NCBI GenBank assembly: GCA_016218805.1
Contig: JACRCW010000170.1
Span: 1 to 35,921, forward strand
DNA length: 35,921 bases
From: Deltaproteobacteria bacterium
GTDB taxonomy: Bacteria > Myxococcota > JACRCW01
Reading direction: 5' to 3'
The notes beneath the pieces are model-generated. The model searched no databases, was not told the origin of the DNA, and saw nothing but the letters and a program-made list of their open reading frames with translations. Positions 1-8,985 of the stretch are shown here, one piece after another. Made by a program: the position numbers and the translations under genes. How positions within the stretch are numbered: the stretch's first letter is position 1; each line of letters starts with the position of its first letter.

Positions 1-2
1 CG

Positions 3-776
3 CCGGCCGCTCCCGCGCCGGCACCCGTCGCCGCAGCGGCGCCCAGGCCCGCTGCCGTGCCCGCCCCCGCCCCGGCGCCCAGGCCCGCCGCCGTGCCCGC
101 CCCGGCACCCAAGGCGGCGGCTCCCAAGCCCAAGGCCATGCCGGATGTGGCAGCGGCGCGGAAGGTGACCGGACAGTTCCAGACCGCTCCCGCGCCCATT
201 GAGCGCAAGGAGACCAAGGAGAAGCCGGCGGCACCCATTGGCCGCACGGAGGCCGCCAAGCCCGCGTTCAACGCTGAGGATGTCCTGGCCGAACTGTTTG
301 AGAAGATGCAGGACATCTACACGGAAAAGATGACCAAGGAGGGGATTGCCAACTTCCTGCTGGACCTGGCCCTGAAGTACGTGAAAAGCGACGCCGGGAC
401 CTTCTACACGTCCAGCCTCAGCGAGGAATCCCTGGAATTCACCGCGGTGCGCGGCCCGGCCGCCAAGGAGCTGCTCAAGAGCGGCATCAAGGTCCCGGTG
501 GGGCAGGGCATTGTCGGGTTCTGCGCGCAGGAGGGCGTATCCCTGGCCGTCAGTGACGTGCAGAAGGACGCGCGCTTCTCTGCGGCCATCTCCGAGAAAA
601 TCGGCTACGCGTGCCGCACCATGATCTGCAGCCCGCTGTACAAGGACGGCCGGTTGTGGGGCGCCATCCAGCTCATCAACCGCGTAGGCGCCAGCAGCTA
701 CCAACCCCAGGAAGTGGACGTGCTCAACTACATCGCCCACGAAGGGGCGACGCTGCTGACGCACGTGGAGGAATGA
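3..776 (+). CDS. GAF-domain signalling protein, 5'-partial, with Pro/Ala-rich linker
   Basis: Frame is open from position 3. A PAPA-rich linker precedes a GAF-like C-terminus (LEFTAVRG...VPVGQGIVGFCAQEG...VSDVQKDARF...SEKIGY...MICSPL...GAIQLINR). Confidence 0.8.
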   Translation, partial: PAAPAPAPVAAAAPRPAAVPAPAPAPRPAAVPAPAPKAAAPKPKAMPDVAAARKVTGQFQTAPAPIERKETKEKPAAPIGRTEAAKPAFNAEDVLAELFEKMQDIYTEKMTKEGIANFLLDLALKYVKSDAGTFYTSSLSEESLEFTAVRGPAAKELLKSGIKVPVGQGIVGFCAQEGVSLAVSDVQKDARFSAAISEKIGYACRTMICSPLYKDGRLWGAIQLINRVGASSYQPQEVDVLNYIAHEGATLLTHVEE

Positions 777-1459
777 TGGGCACGGCTCGTCTGGCCGCTC
801 TGGCCGTGGCCGCGGCGACGGTGCTGGGGCCCGGTCCGGCGCTGGCCGGACGCGTGTTTGAGTGGACGGACAAGGCCGGCACGCCGCACTACACGGACAA
901 CCTCTGGGAGGTCCCCGCGCCCATGCGCGTGCGGTACCTGGAGCTCATAGAGGAGGAGGCCCGCCGCAAGTACAAGCCCGCTGAAATCCGCGAGCTCAAG
1001 GAGGCGGGCGATTGGCCTCCCCTGCAGCTCATCCGGCCGCCGGCGCTGCGCAGCAAGGAGCTGGAAACGGACGCGGGGCGGCTCAAGCTGCTGGAGGATG
1101 ACCGCGCCGTCCAGCGCGCCCTGCAGGGAGATTTCCGCTTCCAGTGGAACAGCTACTTTGATGAGCGGCGCCAGCTGGAGGAGGCCGTGCCGGCGCGCCG
1201 GAACGACGTGGCGCGCGCGGAACAGGCCCTCTTGGATGCGCGCCGGGATGACCAGATCCTGGGGCGGCCGCAGGCGGCCTGGCAGGCGCCGGGCAAGGAG
1301 AAGGACCTGACCGCTGCGCGTGCCCAGCTGGCCGCCGCGGAGGCCGCGCAGGCGGCGCTGCCGGACAAGGAGCGCCGCCTGCACCTGGGCGAGCGCGTGT
1401 ACCTGCAGCCGGGCGAGGACGGGGGCCCCGCACCCGCCGCGCCCGCCACCCGTCCGTGA
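773..1459 (+). CDS. Secreted DUF4124-domain protein with coiled coil
   Basis: ATG at 773 overlaps the upstream TGA (ATGA). A signal peptide is followed by VFEWTDKAGTPHYTDNLWEVP, typical of DUF4124. The ORF-track start at 611 over-extends it. Confidence 0.75.
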   Translation: MMGTARLAALAVAAATVLGPGPALAGRVFEWTDKAGTPHYTDNLWEVPAPMRVRYLELIEEEARRKYKPAEIRELKEAGDWPPLQLIRPPALRSKELETDAGRLKLLEDDRAVQRALQGDFRFQWNSYFDERRQLEEAVPARRNDVARAEQALLDARRDDQILGRPQAAWQAPGKEKDLTAARAQLAAAEAAQAALPDKERRLHLGERVYLQPGEDGGPAPAAPATRP

Positions 1460-2787
1460 CCCACCCGCCCGTCCCGCAGCCGGGCGACTGGCCGCCTGTG
1501 TGGCTGCTGGCGGGCGCCGCGCTGTGCCTGGTGGGTGCCACGCTGGGCGCGGTGGCCCAGCTCAGCGTGCGCGCGCTGGGGCGCGAACGCCAGCAACAGC
1601 TGTTTGAGTCCGGCCAGGCGGGGCGCGGCCTGCGCGCGTGGCTGGAGAACCCGCTGCGCATGCTGCTGTCCAGCGTGCTGGCGCGCATTGCGCTGCCGGG
1701 CCTGGCCACCTGGCTGACGGCGGAGGCGGTGGACAACTGGGACCCCGCGGCGGACCTGGGCTGGCGCGCGGGCCTGGCGGTGCCGCTGCTGCACGTGCTG
1801 GTGGCGGAGGTGCTGCTGGCCACTTTGGCCAAGCACCGGGCCGCGCGCGTGGCGGAGTTGGCGGTGGCCGCGTTCCGGCCCGTGGACCTGGTCCTGTGGC
1901 CGCTGAGCGCGCCGCTGGCGCTGCTGGCCCGCCGCGTGGCGTTGCTGGTGAGCGGCGGGGACCGGCAGGCCATGGAGACCGGCCCGTTCCTGCTGGAGGA
2001 AGACATGGCGCGGCTGTGGGGCCTGGCGCCTGACCCGCGCGGCCACCCCGCCGAACCGCAAGAGAAGCGCCTGCTCCGCGGCGTGCTGGAGTTCCGGGAC
2101 GCCGTGGTGCGCGAGGTCATGGTGCCGCGCACGCGCATGCTCGTGGTGGACGCGGACATCACCGCGGACGAGGTGCTGCGGCGGTTTGCGCAGCACGCAC
2201 ACACGCGCATGCCCGTCACGGAAGCGGGCAGCGAACGCGTGGTGGGCGTGCTGTTCCTCTCCGACCTCATCCGCGCGCAGACCTCCGGCCAGCCGGCCGT
2301 GGTTCGGCAGCTGCTGCGGCGGCCGTACTTTGTGCCGGAACTCATGAAGGTGGGTGACCTGCTGCGCGAGTTCCAGAAGCGGCGCACGCACCTGGCGGTT
2401 GTGGTGGATGAGTTTGGGACCACCAGCGGGCTGGTGACGCTGCAGGACGTGATTGAGGAGCTGGTGGGGGACGTGCGTGACGAGGAGGACGTGCAGGACC
2501 CGTCCGTGCGGCAGGTCACACCCGGCAGCTGGCTGCTGGACGGGCGGGTGAGCGTGGATGCCGCGGCGCAGGCGCTGGGCGTGAGCTTCCCCGCGGACGG
2601 CGCCTACGAGACGGTGGGCGGGTTCCTCATCACGCGCCTGGGACGCCTGCCCCCCACCGGCACGCAGCTGCGGTGGAACGGCCTGGTGTTCAGCGTCAAG
2701 GAAGCGGATGACCGGCGGATCACCAAGGTGCTCATTGAGCGCGAGGTCACGCCCGCCGCGGAGCCGCCCGCCGCCGCGGAGGGCTGA
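1456..2787 (+). CDS. Hemolysin-family CNNM/CBS/CorC_HlyC transporter
   Basis: N-terminal TM region, CBS pair (VREVMVPRTRM; HTRMPV; PYFVPE; HLAVVVDEFGTTSGLVTLQDVIEELVG) and CorC domain (YETVGGFLITRLGRLP). GTGA overlap with the previous gene. Confidence 0.9.
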   Translation: MTHPPVPQPGDWPPVWLLAGAALCLVGATLGAVAQLSVRALGRERQQQLFESGQAGRGLRAWLENPLRMLLSSVLARIALPGLATWLTAEAVDNWDPAADLGWRAGLAVPLLHVLVAEVLLATLAKHRAARVAELAVAAFRPVDLVLWPLSAPLALLARRVALLVSGGDRQAMETGPFLLEEDMARLWGLAPDPRGHPAEPQEKRLLRGVLEFRDAVVREVMVPRTRMLVVDADITADEVLRRFAQHAHTRMPVTEAGSERVVGVLFLSDLIRAQTSGQPAVVRQLLRRPYFVPELMKVGDLLREFQKRRTHLAVVVDEFGTTSGLVTLQDVIEELVGDVRDEEDVQDPSVRQVTPGSWLLDGRVSVDAAAQALGVSFPADGAYETVGGFLITRLGRLPPTGTQLRWNGLVFSVKEADDRRITKVLIEREVTPAAEPPAAAEG

Positions 2788-2790
2788 GCC

Positions 2791-3324
2791 TCACGGGGTG
2801 CGCAGCGGGCCCAGCACCTCGCTGGCCAGCTCCAGCGCGGTGGCCCGCCGGTCCGTGGGCGTGGCGCCGGGCGGGAGCTGCCGCCGGGCCACCACGTCAT
2901 CCGCGTTGCGGCCCAGCGTGGTGAGGCTCATGGCAATCAGTTCGCCCTCCGCGTTGACCGCGCGCGAAATGCGCAGCTGGTGGGTGGCGCGCGTCAGCCG
3001 CACCGCCCGGAGCGGCGGGTGGGGGACGGTGATGGCCTGCACGCACCGCAGCACGCGCGCCTTGGCCCAGCGCGGGTTGGCGCACGCCTGCAGCGCCTGC
3101 GCCTGCCAGAACACCTGCGGCGGCGTGCGGGACAGCCGCTGCCGCCGGGTCTCCACGTGCAGGCGTTCAGAGTGGAACGCCATGGCAATGGCGTCCTCCA
3201 ATTGGGCAATTTCGCGCGGCGTGACCCCCTCGCCCTCGTCGGAACTGGAGATCTCCACCAGCGGGACGCCCTCCTCCGGGCCGGCGCCCAGCGCCAGCAG
3301 GCACAGCAGCGGCACGGCGGTCAC
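2791..3324 (-). CDS. Secreted hypothetical protein, paralogue of 3321..3935
   Basis: Short signal peptide (VPLLCLLALGA), C-x-NP...K-x-x-VL-x-C motif, and GTGA coupling to the upstream gene. Confidence 0.65.
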   Translation of the reverse strand: MTAVPLLCLLALGAGPEEGVPLVEISSSDEGEGVTPREIAQLEDAIAMAFHSERLHVETRRQRLSRTPPQVFWQAQALQACANPRWAKARVLRCVQAITVPHPPLRAVRLTRATHQLRISRAVNAEGELIAMSLTTLGRNADDVVARRQLPPGATPTDRRATALELASEVLGPLRTP

Positions 3325-3935
3325 GGTGCACCCCCTCGGCGTGGCGGGCGCGTCACCTTGCCTTCAGCCGCGTCCCACAGTTCCTGCATCATCCTCCCCA
3401 GCGCCTTGTCCCGCTGCGGCCGGCGCACCCGCCCCGTCAACACGTATTGCCGTGACGCCATGGGCGGACCGGTCTTGCCATCCAGCATGGGGTACAGCGT
3501 CATGGACACCACCTGCCCCGCGTCCGACGGCGTCACCGTGCCCTCCACCAGGTAGGTGGCGTCCGGCGGCGTGACGGGCGGCAGGTCCGGCCAGGGCAGC
3601 GCGTCCAGGCACGCCAGCACCTGCGGCTTGGTGGACCACGGGTTCATGCACTTGAGCAGCGCGCCTTCGTGGCGGAGCAGGTCCTTGTTGAGCCAGGCCT
3701 GCGGCGGGTCCGCGGTCACGCGCAGGCCCGGGCGGTCACGCGCCAGCTTCTGCGCCAGCAGCGCCACGTCCCCCGCCACGGACCGCGCGGACGGCGTGGC
3801 CGCGCCAAACGCGCCAATGTGCACGCGCACCGCGCGCGCGGCGTCCGCGGGCGCCTGGGCGGGCGCGGGGGCGGGTGGCGTCTCCTGCGCGGCGGCGGGA
3901 GCGGGCCACAGCAGCAGCAGCCCAAGCACCGCCAC
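3321..3935 (-). CDS. Secreted hypothetical protein, paralogue of 2791..3324
   Basis: The real start is probably GTG 3935 or 3929 (VAVLGLLLLWPAPAAAQ signal peptide). The upstream part of the 422-aa ORF is antisense to the FHA gene. Confidence 0.65.
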   Translation of the reverse strand: MAVLGLLLLWPAPAAAQETPPAPAPAQAPADAARAVRVHIGAFGAATPSARSVAGDVALLAQKLARDRPGLRVTADPPQAWLNKDLLRHEGALLKCMNPWSTKPQVLACLDALPWPDLPPVTPPDATYLVEGTVTPSDAGQVVSMTLYPMLDGKTGPPMASRQYVLTGRVRRPQRDKALGRMMQELWDAAEGKVTRPPRRGGAP

Positions 3936-4011
3936 CCAGGCCGTCCTTTGGACAGTGGCGGGGAAGGGGCGGTAGGGTGACGCACCAGCCAGAGCAGCGA
4001 GGGCGCGCACC

Positions 4012-5280
4012 GTGGCGTTCGTGGTGGTCGAGGAAAAGGGCAACCAGGTGCTCCGTTCGGAGCTCAAGGGCCCGATCATGACCATCGGTCGTGATGAATC
4101 CAACGATATCCGGCTGGAAAACCGAGCCTTGTCGCGCAAGCATGCGCAGCTGGAGGTGCGCGGCGCCGGCATCTGGATAAGGGACCTGGGCAGCCAGAAC
4201 GGCACGTTCATGAACGGCGAGCGGCTGGAAGGCGCGCGCCCCATCCAGAGCGGTGACGTCATCAGCCTGGGGGGCAAGTTCCAGCTGCGGTTGGAAGGTG
4301 TGGAAGAAGCCAAGACCACCACGCCGGTCCTCACGCTCACCGGCCCTGAAGGCACGCACCGGTTTGCCATGGTTGGCGACGAGATCATCCTCGGCCGCAG
4401 CCCGGACTGTGACATCTCCATTGGGCGCAAGTCCATTTCACGCCGGCACCTCAAGGTGTCACTGAAGGACGGGAAGTTCTTCTGTGAGGACATGGGCAGC
4501 CAGAACGGCACCCGGGTGAACGGTGACAAGATCCGCGGCATCACCGAGGTGGGCGTGGACGACGAAATCCGCGTCAGCGAGTACCTCATCCGCGTGAGCT
4601 ACCTGGACCAGGCGCTGGAGGAGGGACCGCCCTCCGGCGTGCACCCGCCCAACCGCACCATGCTGCTGGACCGCTCCCGCCTGGCGGCCGCCGCCGACAT
4701 GGGCGGCGACTTCCAGGTGCAGGTGACGCACGAAAACCGCCTCACGTTTTCCGTGGAAGGCGGCGCGGCCGCCGGTGGCCTGGAGGCGGAAGAGGGCGGG
4801 GCGGACACGGTGGGCGTCATCCGGCCGCCCATGCAACCGGGTGCCGCCGCCGCCGCGGCCAAGAAGAAGGAAGAGCCGGCCCCGGCTCCGCCGCCGCCGC
4901 CGCCGGCACCCAAGGCAGCCAAGGCACCCAAGGGTGGTTCGGCGCCCTCCGCCGCGGCGGCCAAGCCGGCGCCGGCCGCCAAGACGCCGGAGGCCAGCCT
5001 GGAGGTGAGCCACGCGGATGGTCCGTCACGGTCGGTGCGGCTCAAGGGGGAAGTGCTGTGCCTGGCGGAGGACGGTAGCGACGACGGCCCGCCGGACGGG
5101 GTGAGCTACGCGCCGGTGGGGTACCTGATGTTCGCGCCCACACCGGGCGGGTGGCTGGTGACCAGCGTGGGCGACCGCCGGTTCTGCCAGGTGGGCGACA
5201 AGCCCGTGGCCGTCCACGTGCTCAAAGATGGCGACAACGTGACGCTGGGCGGCTTGTCGGTGACGTTCCGCGCCGAGTGA
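4012..5280 (+). CDS. Multi-FHA domain protein
   Basis: Two canonical FHA domains (IGRD...LSRKHA...DLGSQNGTFMNG; LGRS...ISRRH...DMGSQNGTRVNG), a Pro/Ala/Lys linker and a degenerate C-terminal FHA-like fold (LKDGDNVTLG). Confidence 0.85.
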   Translation: MAFVVVEEKGNQVLRSELKGPIMTIGRDESNDIRLENRALSRKHAQLEVRGAGIWIRDLGSQNGTFMNGERLEGARPIQSGDVISLGGKFQLRLEGVEEAKTTTPVLTLTGPEGTHRFAMVGDEIILGRSPDCDISIGRKSISRRHLKVSLKDGKFFCEDMGSQNGTRVNGDKIRGITEVGVDDEIRVSEYLIRVSYLDQALEEGPPSGVHPPNRTMLLDRSRLAAAADMGGDFQVQVTHENRLTFSVEGGAAAGGLEAEEGGADTVGVIRPPMQPGAAAAAAKKKEEPAPAPPPPPPAPKAAKAPKGGSAPSAAAAKPAPAAKTPEASLEVSHADGPSRSVRLKGEVLCLAEDGSDDGPPDGVSYAPVGYLMFAPTPGGWLVTSVGDRRFCQVGDKPVAVHVLKDGDNVTLGGLSVTFRAE

Positions 5281-5284
5281 CCCC

Positions 5285-6538
5285 TCACCCCCGCCGCACA
5301 CGCGCGTAGTCCCGCTTCCCGTAGCGCACCTGCAGTTCCGTCCCCGCCGCCCACTCCATGGGCGTGCGCTCATCGGCCGCCTTGAATTCCCCGGAATCCC
5401 CGGTGCGCCACCGCAGTGCGCCCTGGCGGATGCGCTCGCCGGCCTCGCGCTTGCTGCGCGCAAACCCCAACTCCACCACCAGCTGCGCGGGCGCAATCCC
5501 GCCGTCCGGCACGTGCACCGTCTTCACCGGCGCGTCCGGCGGCAGCGCGTCCCCGCGGGCCAGCCCCTCATACGCCTCCAGCGCCGCCGTGGCGCCGGGT
5601 GCGCCGTGGAAGCGCGTCACCAGCTCCCGGCACAACGCCAGTTTGGCGGCGCGCGGGTGTTCCTGGCCGCCCTCCACGCGCGCGCGCAGCGCCGCAATCT
5701 CCGCCGTGGACAGGTCGGACAGCAGTTCGTAGTAGCGCCACATCAGCGCGTCAGAAATCCCCATCAGCTTGAGCACCTGCGCATCCGGCGGTTCCGACAC
5801 GCCCACGTAGTTGCCGTAGCTCTTGCTCATCTTGCGGCCGCCCGGGTCCGCGTCCGTGCCCTCCAGGATGGGACCGGTGAGAATCACCTGCGGCTCCATG
5901 CCCCGCGTGCGCATCAAGTCGCGGCCGAGCATGAGGTTGAACAACTGGTCCTTCCCGCCCAGCTCCACGTCCGCCTTCAGCGCCACCGAGTCGTACGCCT
6001 GGCTGAGCGGGTAGAGAATCTCGTGCAGTGACAATGGGCGCTGTTCCGCCAGGCGCGTCTTGAAGTCCTCCCGCTCCAGCATCTGCGCCACGGTCACCTG
6101 GCCGCACAGCCGGATGATGTCCGCAAACGTGAGGGGCTGCAGCCATTCGCTGTTGAAGCGGATGACGGTCCGCTCCGGGTCCAGCACCTTGAAGACCTGC
6201 TCCTTGTAGGTGACCGCGTTCTTCTGCACCTCCTCAGGGGTGAGCGCCGGGCGGGTGGCGGAGCGGCCCGTGGGGTCACCAATGAGCGCCGTGAAATCAC
6301 CGATGAGGAACACCACCTGGTGCCCCAGCCGCTGGAACTGCCGCATCTTGTGCAGCAGCACCGTGTGACCCAGGTGCAGGTCCGGCGCCGTGGGGTCAAA
6401 CCCCGCTTTCACAATCAGCGGCCGGCCGTCGCGGGCGCTGCGGGTGAGCTTGTCGCGCAGCTCGCTTTCCACCTTCACGTCCACCACGCCGCGCAGCAGC
6501 GTGGCCAGCTGTTCTTCCACCGGAGCGAATGAGGCCAT
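5285..6538 (-). CDS. tyrS: Tyrosine--tRNA ligase
   Basis: [42 protein letters not shown] and a C-terminal S4-like domain. Confidence 0.97.
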   Translation of the reverse strand: MASFAPVEEQLATLLRGVVDVKVESELRDKLTRSARDGRPLIVKAGFDPTAPDLHLGHTVLLHKMRQFQRLGHQVVFLIGDFTALIGDPTGRSATRPALTPEEVQKNAVTYKEQVFKVLDPERTVIRFNSEWLQPLTFADIIRLCGQVTVAQMLEREDFKTRLAEQRPLSLHEILYPLSQAYDSVALKADVELGGKDQLFNLMLGRDLMRTRGMEPQVILTGPILEGTDADPGGRKMSKSYGNYVGVSEPPDAQVLKLMGISDALMWRYYELLSDLSTAEIAALRARVEGGQEHPRAAKLALCRELVTRFHGAPGATAALEAYEGLARGDALPPDAPVKTVHVPDGGIAPAQLVVELGFARSKREAGERIRQGALRWRTGDSGEFKAADERTPMEWAAGTELQVRYGKRDYARVRRG

Positions 6539-6622
6539 GCCGCGCCACTACCAGACGCCCCCCGCCCCGCGCAGCCGCCACGTGTTGCACCGCCCCCGGG
6601 GGGTGTGCTCAGGGTGTCGGTC

Positions 6623-7612
6623 ATGGCGAAGAAACCTCCGCAGAAGGTGGGCAAATCCGCCAAGCCGCAGGTTGCCCGGCCACCCAAGGGCAGCGTGCCG
6701 GGACTGTCCGCCGTGGATGTCCGCAAGGGCGAGGAGCTGTCGCGCAAGCTGCCCGGCAGCGGCCCGCCCAAGGTCCTGGAGAGCGTGCCCCTGACGCAGG
6801 CGGCCTGCCTGGCGCTGCGGCAGCGCGGCGTCTCCGTGGGGTTTGTGCCCACCATGGGTGCGCTGCATGAAGGCCACATCACCCTCATCCAGCAGGCGCG
6901 GCGCCTGGCGGACGTGGTGGTGGTGAGCATCTTTGTCAATCCCACGCAGTTTGGGCCGGCGGAGGACTTTGACAACTACCCGCGGGACCGTGACGGTGAC
7001 CTGATGAAGTGCCGCAGCGCCGGCGCTGACCTGGTGTTCATGCCCACCGCCGCCGCCATGTATCCGGACGGGTTCCAGACCTCCGTCACCCCGGGTCCTG
7101 TCGCCGCGGGCGCGTGCGGCCGCTACCGCCCGGGGCACTTTGGCGGGGTGGCCACCATTGTCCTCAAGCTGTTCCAGGTCTGCCAGCCGCACATTGCGGT
7201 GTTTGGCGAAAAGGACTGGCAGCAGCTGGCCGTGGTTCGGCGCCTGGTCCGTGACTTCAACTTCCCCGTGGAAGTGGTGGGCGTCCCCACGGCCCGCGAA
7301 CCGGACGGCCTGGCGCTTTCCAGCCGCAACCGCCGCCTGTCCCCGCGGGACCGTGAACAGGCGCCCGTCCTGGCGCGGGCCATCACCCGGGCGCAGCAGG
7401 CGTACGCGCAGGGCGTGGTGGACGCGGGCGCGCTGTGCCGCACCGTCATGGACGAAGTGAAGACCGCCCGCGGCGTGAAGCTCCAGTACGTGGAGATTGT
7501 TGACGCGGAGAGCATCCAGCCGCTGCGCAGCGTGGACCGCCCGGCGCGCGTGCTGGTGGCCGCGCACCTGGGGAACGTCCGCCTCATTGACAATGGCGCC
7601 CTGGGCGGCTGA
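6623..7612 (+). CDS. panC: Pantoate--beta-alanine ligase
   Basis: GFVPTMGALHEGH, SIFVNPTQF, RPGHFGGVATIVLKLF, FGEKDWQQL, REPDGLALSSRN and RLIDN. Start taken as ATG 6623; exact start uncertain. Confidence 0.95.
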   Translation: MAKKPPQKVGKSAKPQVARPPKGSVPGLSAVDVRKGEELSRKLPGSGPPKVLESVPLTQAACLALRQRGVSVGFVPTMGALHEGHITLIQQARRLADVVVVSIFVNPTQFGPAEDFDNYPRDRDGDLMKCRSAGADLVFMPTAAAMYPDGFQTSVTPGPVAAGACGRYRPGHFGGVATIVLKLFQVCQPHIAVFGEKDWQQLAVVRRLVRDFNFPVEVVGVPTAREPDGLALSSRNRRLSPRDREQAPVLARAITRAQQAYAQGVVDAGALCRTVMDEVKTARGVKLQYVEIVDAESIQPLRSVDRPARVLVAAHLGNVRLIDNGALGG

Positions 7613-8001
7613 CCGCCGCATGCCGCAGCGCGGCAAGGCGGGCCGCCAGGGTGTGCCGGACATTGGACAGCCGCTCAAAGGTCGGGCAAGGTGCGCGCCT
7701 CTCTCACCTCAGCCCCCCAGGTGCGACGGATGCCCAAGACCAATGTTCTCGATGCGATGCGGGTCCCCAGGACGCCTTCCGTGGAGGCGCTGAAGGTGTG
7801 GACCGCAGAAGGTGCCGCCAGGGAAGGCGCAGCGCCCAAAGGTCACCACGCTGACCGCAAGCCCTTGGAACACCCTGAGATCCTCCCGCTCCAAGCCGCC
7901 TTTGGCCTGGCGCACCCACGGCGGCCCTCCGCCGGGTGACCTGGCGGGGCGCAGGCCCCCACAACAACGCTCTTCGGTGTCCCCAACCCCGCAATCTATG
8001 T

Positions 8002-8152
8002 GGGTGAAGCCCGGAACACGCCTGGTGAAGCCCGGAACCGGGGTGGTGAACCCCGCACACCTACATGGTGAGGCCCGCAGCCGGGGTGGTGAAGCCCGGA
8101 ACGGGGGTGGTGAAGCCCGGAACCGGGCTGGTGGTGAAAATTCGGCACAGGG
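8002..8152. repeat. Non-coding ~21-bp tandem array, about 7 copies, consensus TGGTGAAGCCCGGAACCGGGG
   Basis: Units start at 8002, 8023, 8044, 8066, 8087, 8108 and 8132 (spacings 21,21,22,21,21,24). Confidence 0.9.
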
Positions 8153-8162
8153 GGGACGGCCG

Positions 8163-8957
8163 CTAACGGGGCGTGCCGCCCGTGCCGCCGGCGCCGGGGT
8201 CGCCCACGGCGGACTTCTTGGCGCCGTACACGTTGTCCAACCGGTAGCGGGCTTCGCGGGTTGGGTCATTGGGGTAGGCCGCCAGACCCTGCTTGGAGAC
8301 GTGCATCATCACGTCCATCAGCAGGCGCTCCAGCCGTTCCTGCTGCAGCGATCCCTGCCCGCGGTCCGCGCGCATCAGCCGCGCCGCGCGCCGGGCTGCC
8401 TTCTGCTGGTCAATCAGGTCCCGTGCCTCCACCACCAGGCGGTCCACGCGGGCCTTGTCCGGAAGGTGCGCCCTGACGGCGGCCACGTTCTCCAGGACCA
8501 CGTCCATCCGCATCATCACCACATTCAGGCGCTGCGTCTTGCGGCTCTGCAGGGAGAACAGGTCCGCCGGGATGCCGGCCGCGTCGCCGATCTTGCCCAG
8601 TTCACCGCGAATGGCCACCAGGCGGTCGCATGCCGCGTCCGCGTCCTGCGTCTTGAGCGTGCTGGCCGCGGCGCTGCGGACCAGCTCCGCCGCGTGCGGC
8701 GAAAGCAGGTCTTTGAGCAATTCAATGCGTTTCAGCATGCCCTCGCTGACGGGGTATTCGCGGGCGATGAGGTCCGCCAGGTCCTGGCGGGCCCCCAGCA
8801 TCTCCTCCGCGTCCGCGATGACATCCGCGGGATGTGAGGTGACTTCGCTGAAGTGGTCTCCCAGCGCGGCCGCTTCGGCGAGCAGGCTGTCCTGGGTGGG
8901 GCTTTCCAGCGGAATGGCCGGTGGCAGCCCGAACTCGGGAATGGGTCCGATAGACAT
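8163..8957 (-). CDS. Hypothetical alpha-helical protein (264 aa), third gene of the ATPase-HNH operon
   Basis: Strong RBS (CAGGAGGGAACAACAACC-ATG) before ATG 8957, 28 nt after the HNH stop. Amphipathic helical sequence ending AYPNDPTREARYRL. Confidence 0.8.
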   Translation of the reverse strand: MSIGPIPEFGLPPAIPLESPTQDSLLAEAAALGDHFSEVTSHPADVIADAEEMLGARQDLADLIAREYPVSEGMLKRIELLKDLLSPHAAELVRSAAASTLKTQDADAACDRLVAIRGELGKIGDAAGIPADLFSLQSRKTQRLNVVMMRMDVVLENVAAVRAHLPDKARVDRLVVEARDLIDQQKAARRAARLMRADRGQGSLQQERLERLLMDVMMHVSKQGLAAYPNDPTREARYRLDNVYGAKKSAVGDPGAGGTGGTPR

Positions 8958-8985
8958 GGTTGTTGTTCCCTCCTGGGTGGCGCCT

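Noticed and set aside
1..140. Repeated gcccaggcccgc(t/c)gccgtgcccgcccc units at the window start
   Set aside because: They encode the Pro/Ala linker (APRPAAVPAPAP) of the GAF protein and are not a separate element.
7613..7641. Hairpin after panC as an intrinsic terminator
   Set aside because: The stem is interrupted and has no U-tract; GC-rich stems arise by chance at this composition.
7691..7939. Small ORF or pseudogene in the panC-array gap
   Set aside because: No RBS, no recognisable motif and atypical codon usage; cannot be supported.
8002..8152. CRISPR array interpretation of the tandem repeat
   Set aside because: Units are contiguous at about 21 bp with no unique spacers, and no cas genes are present.
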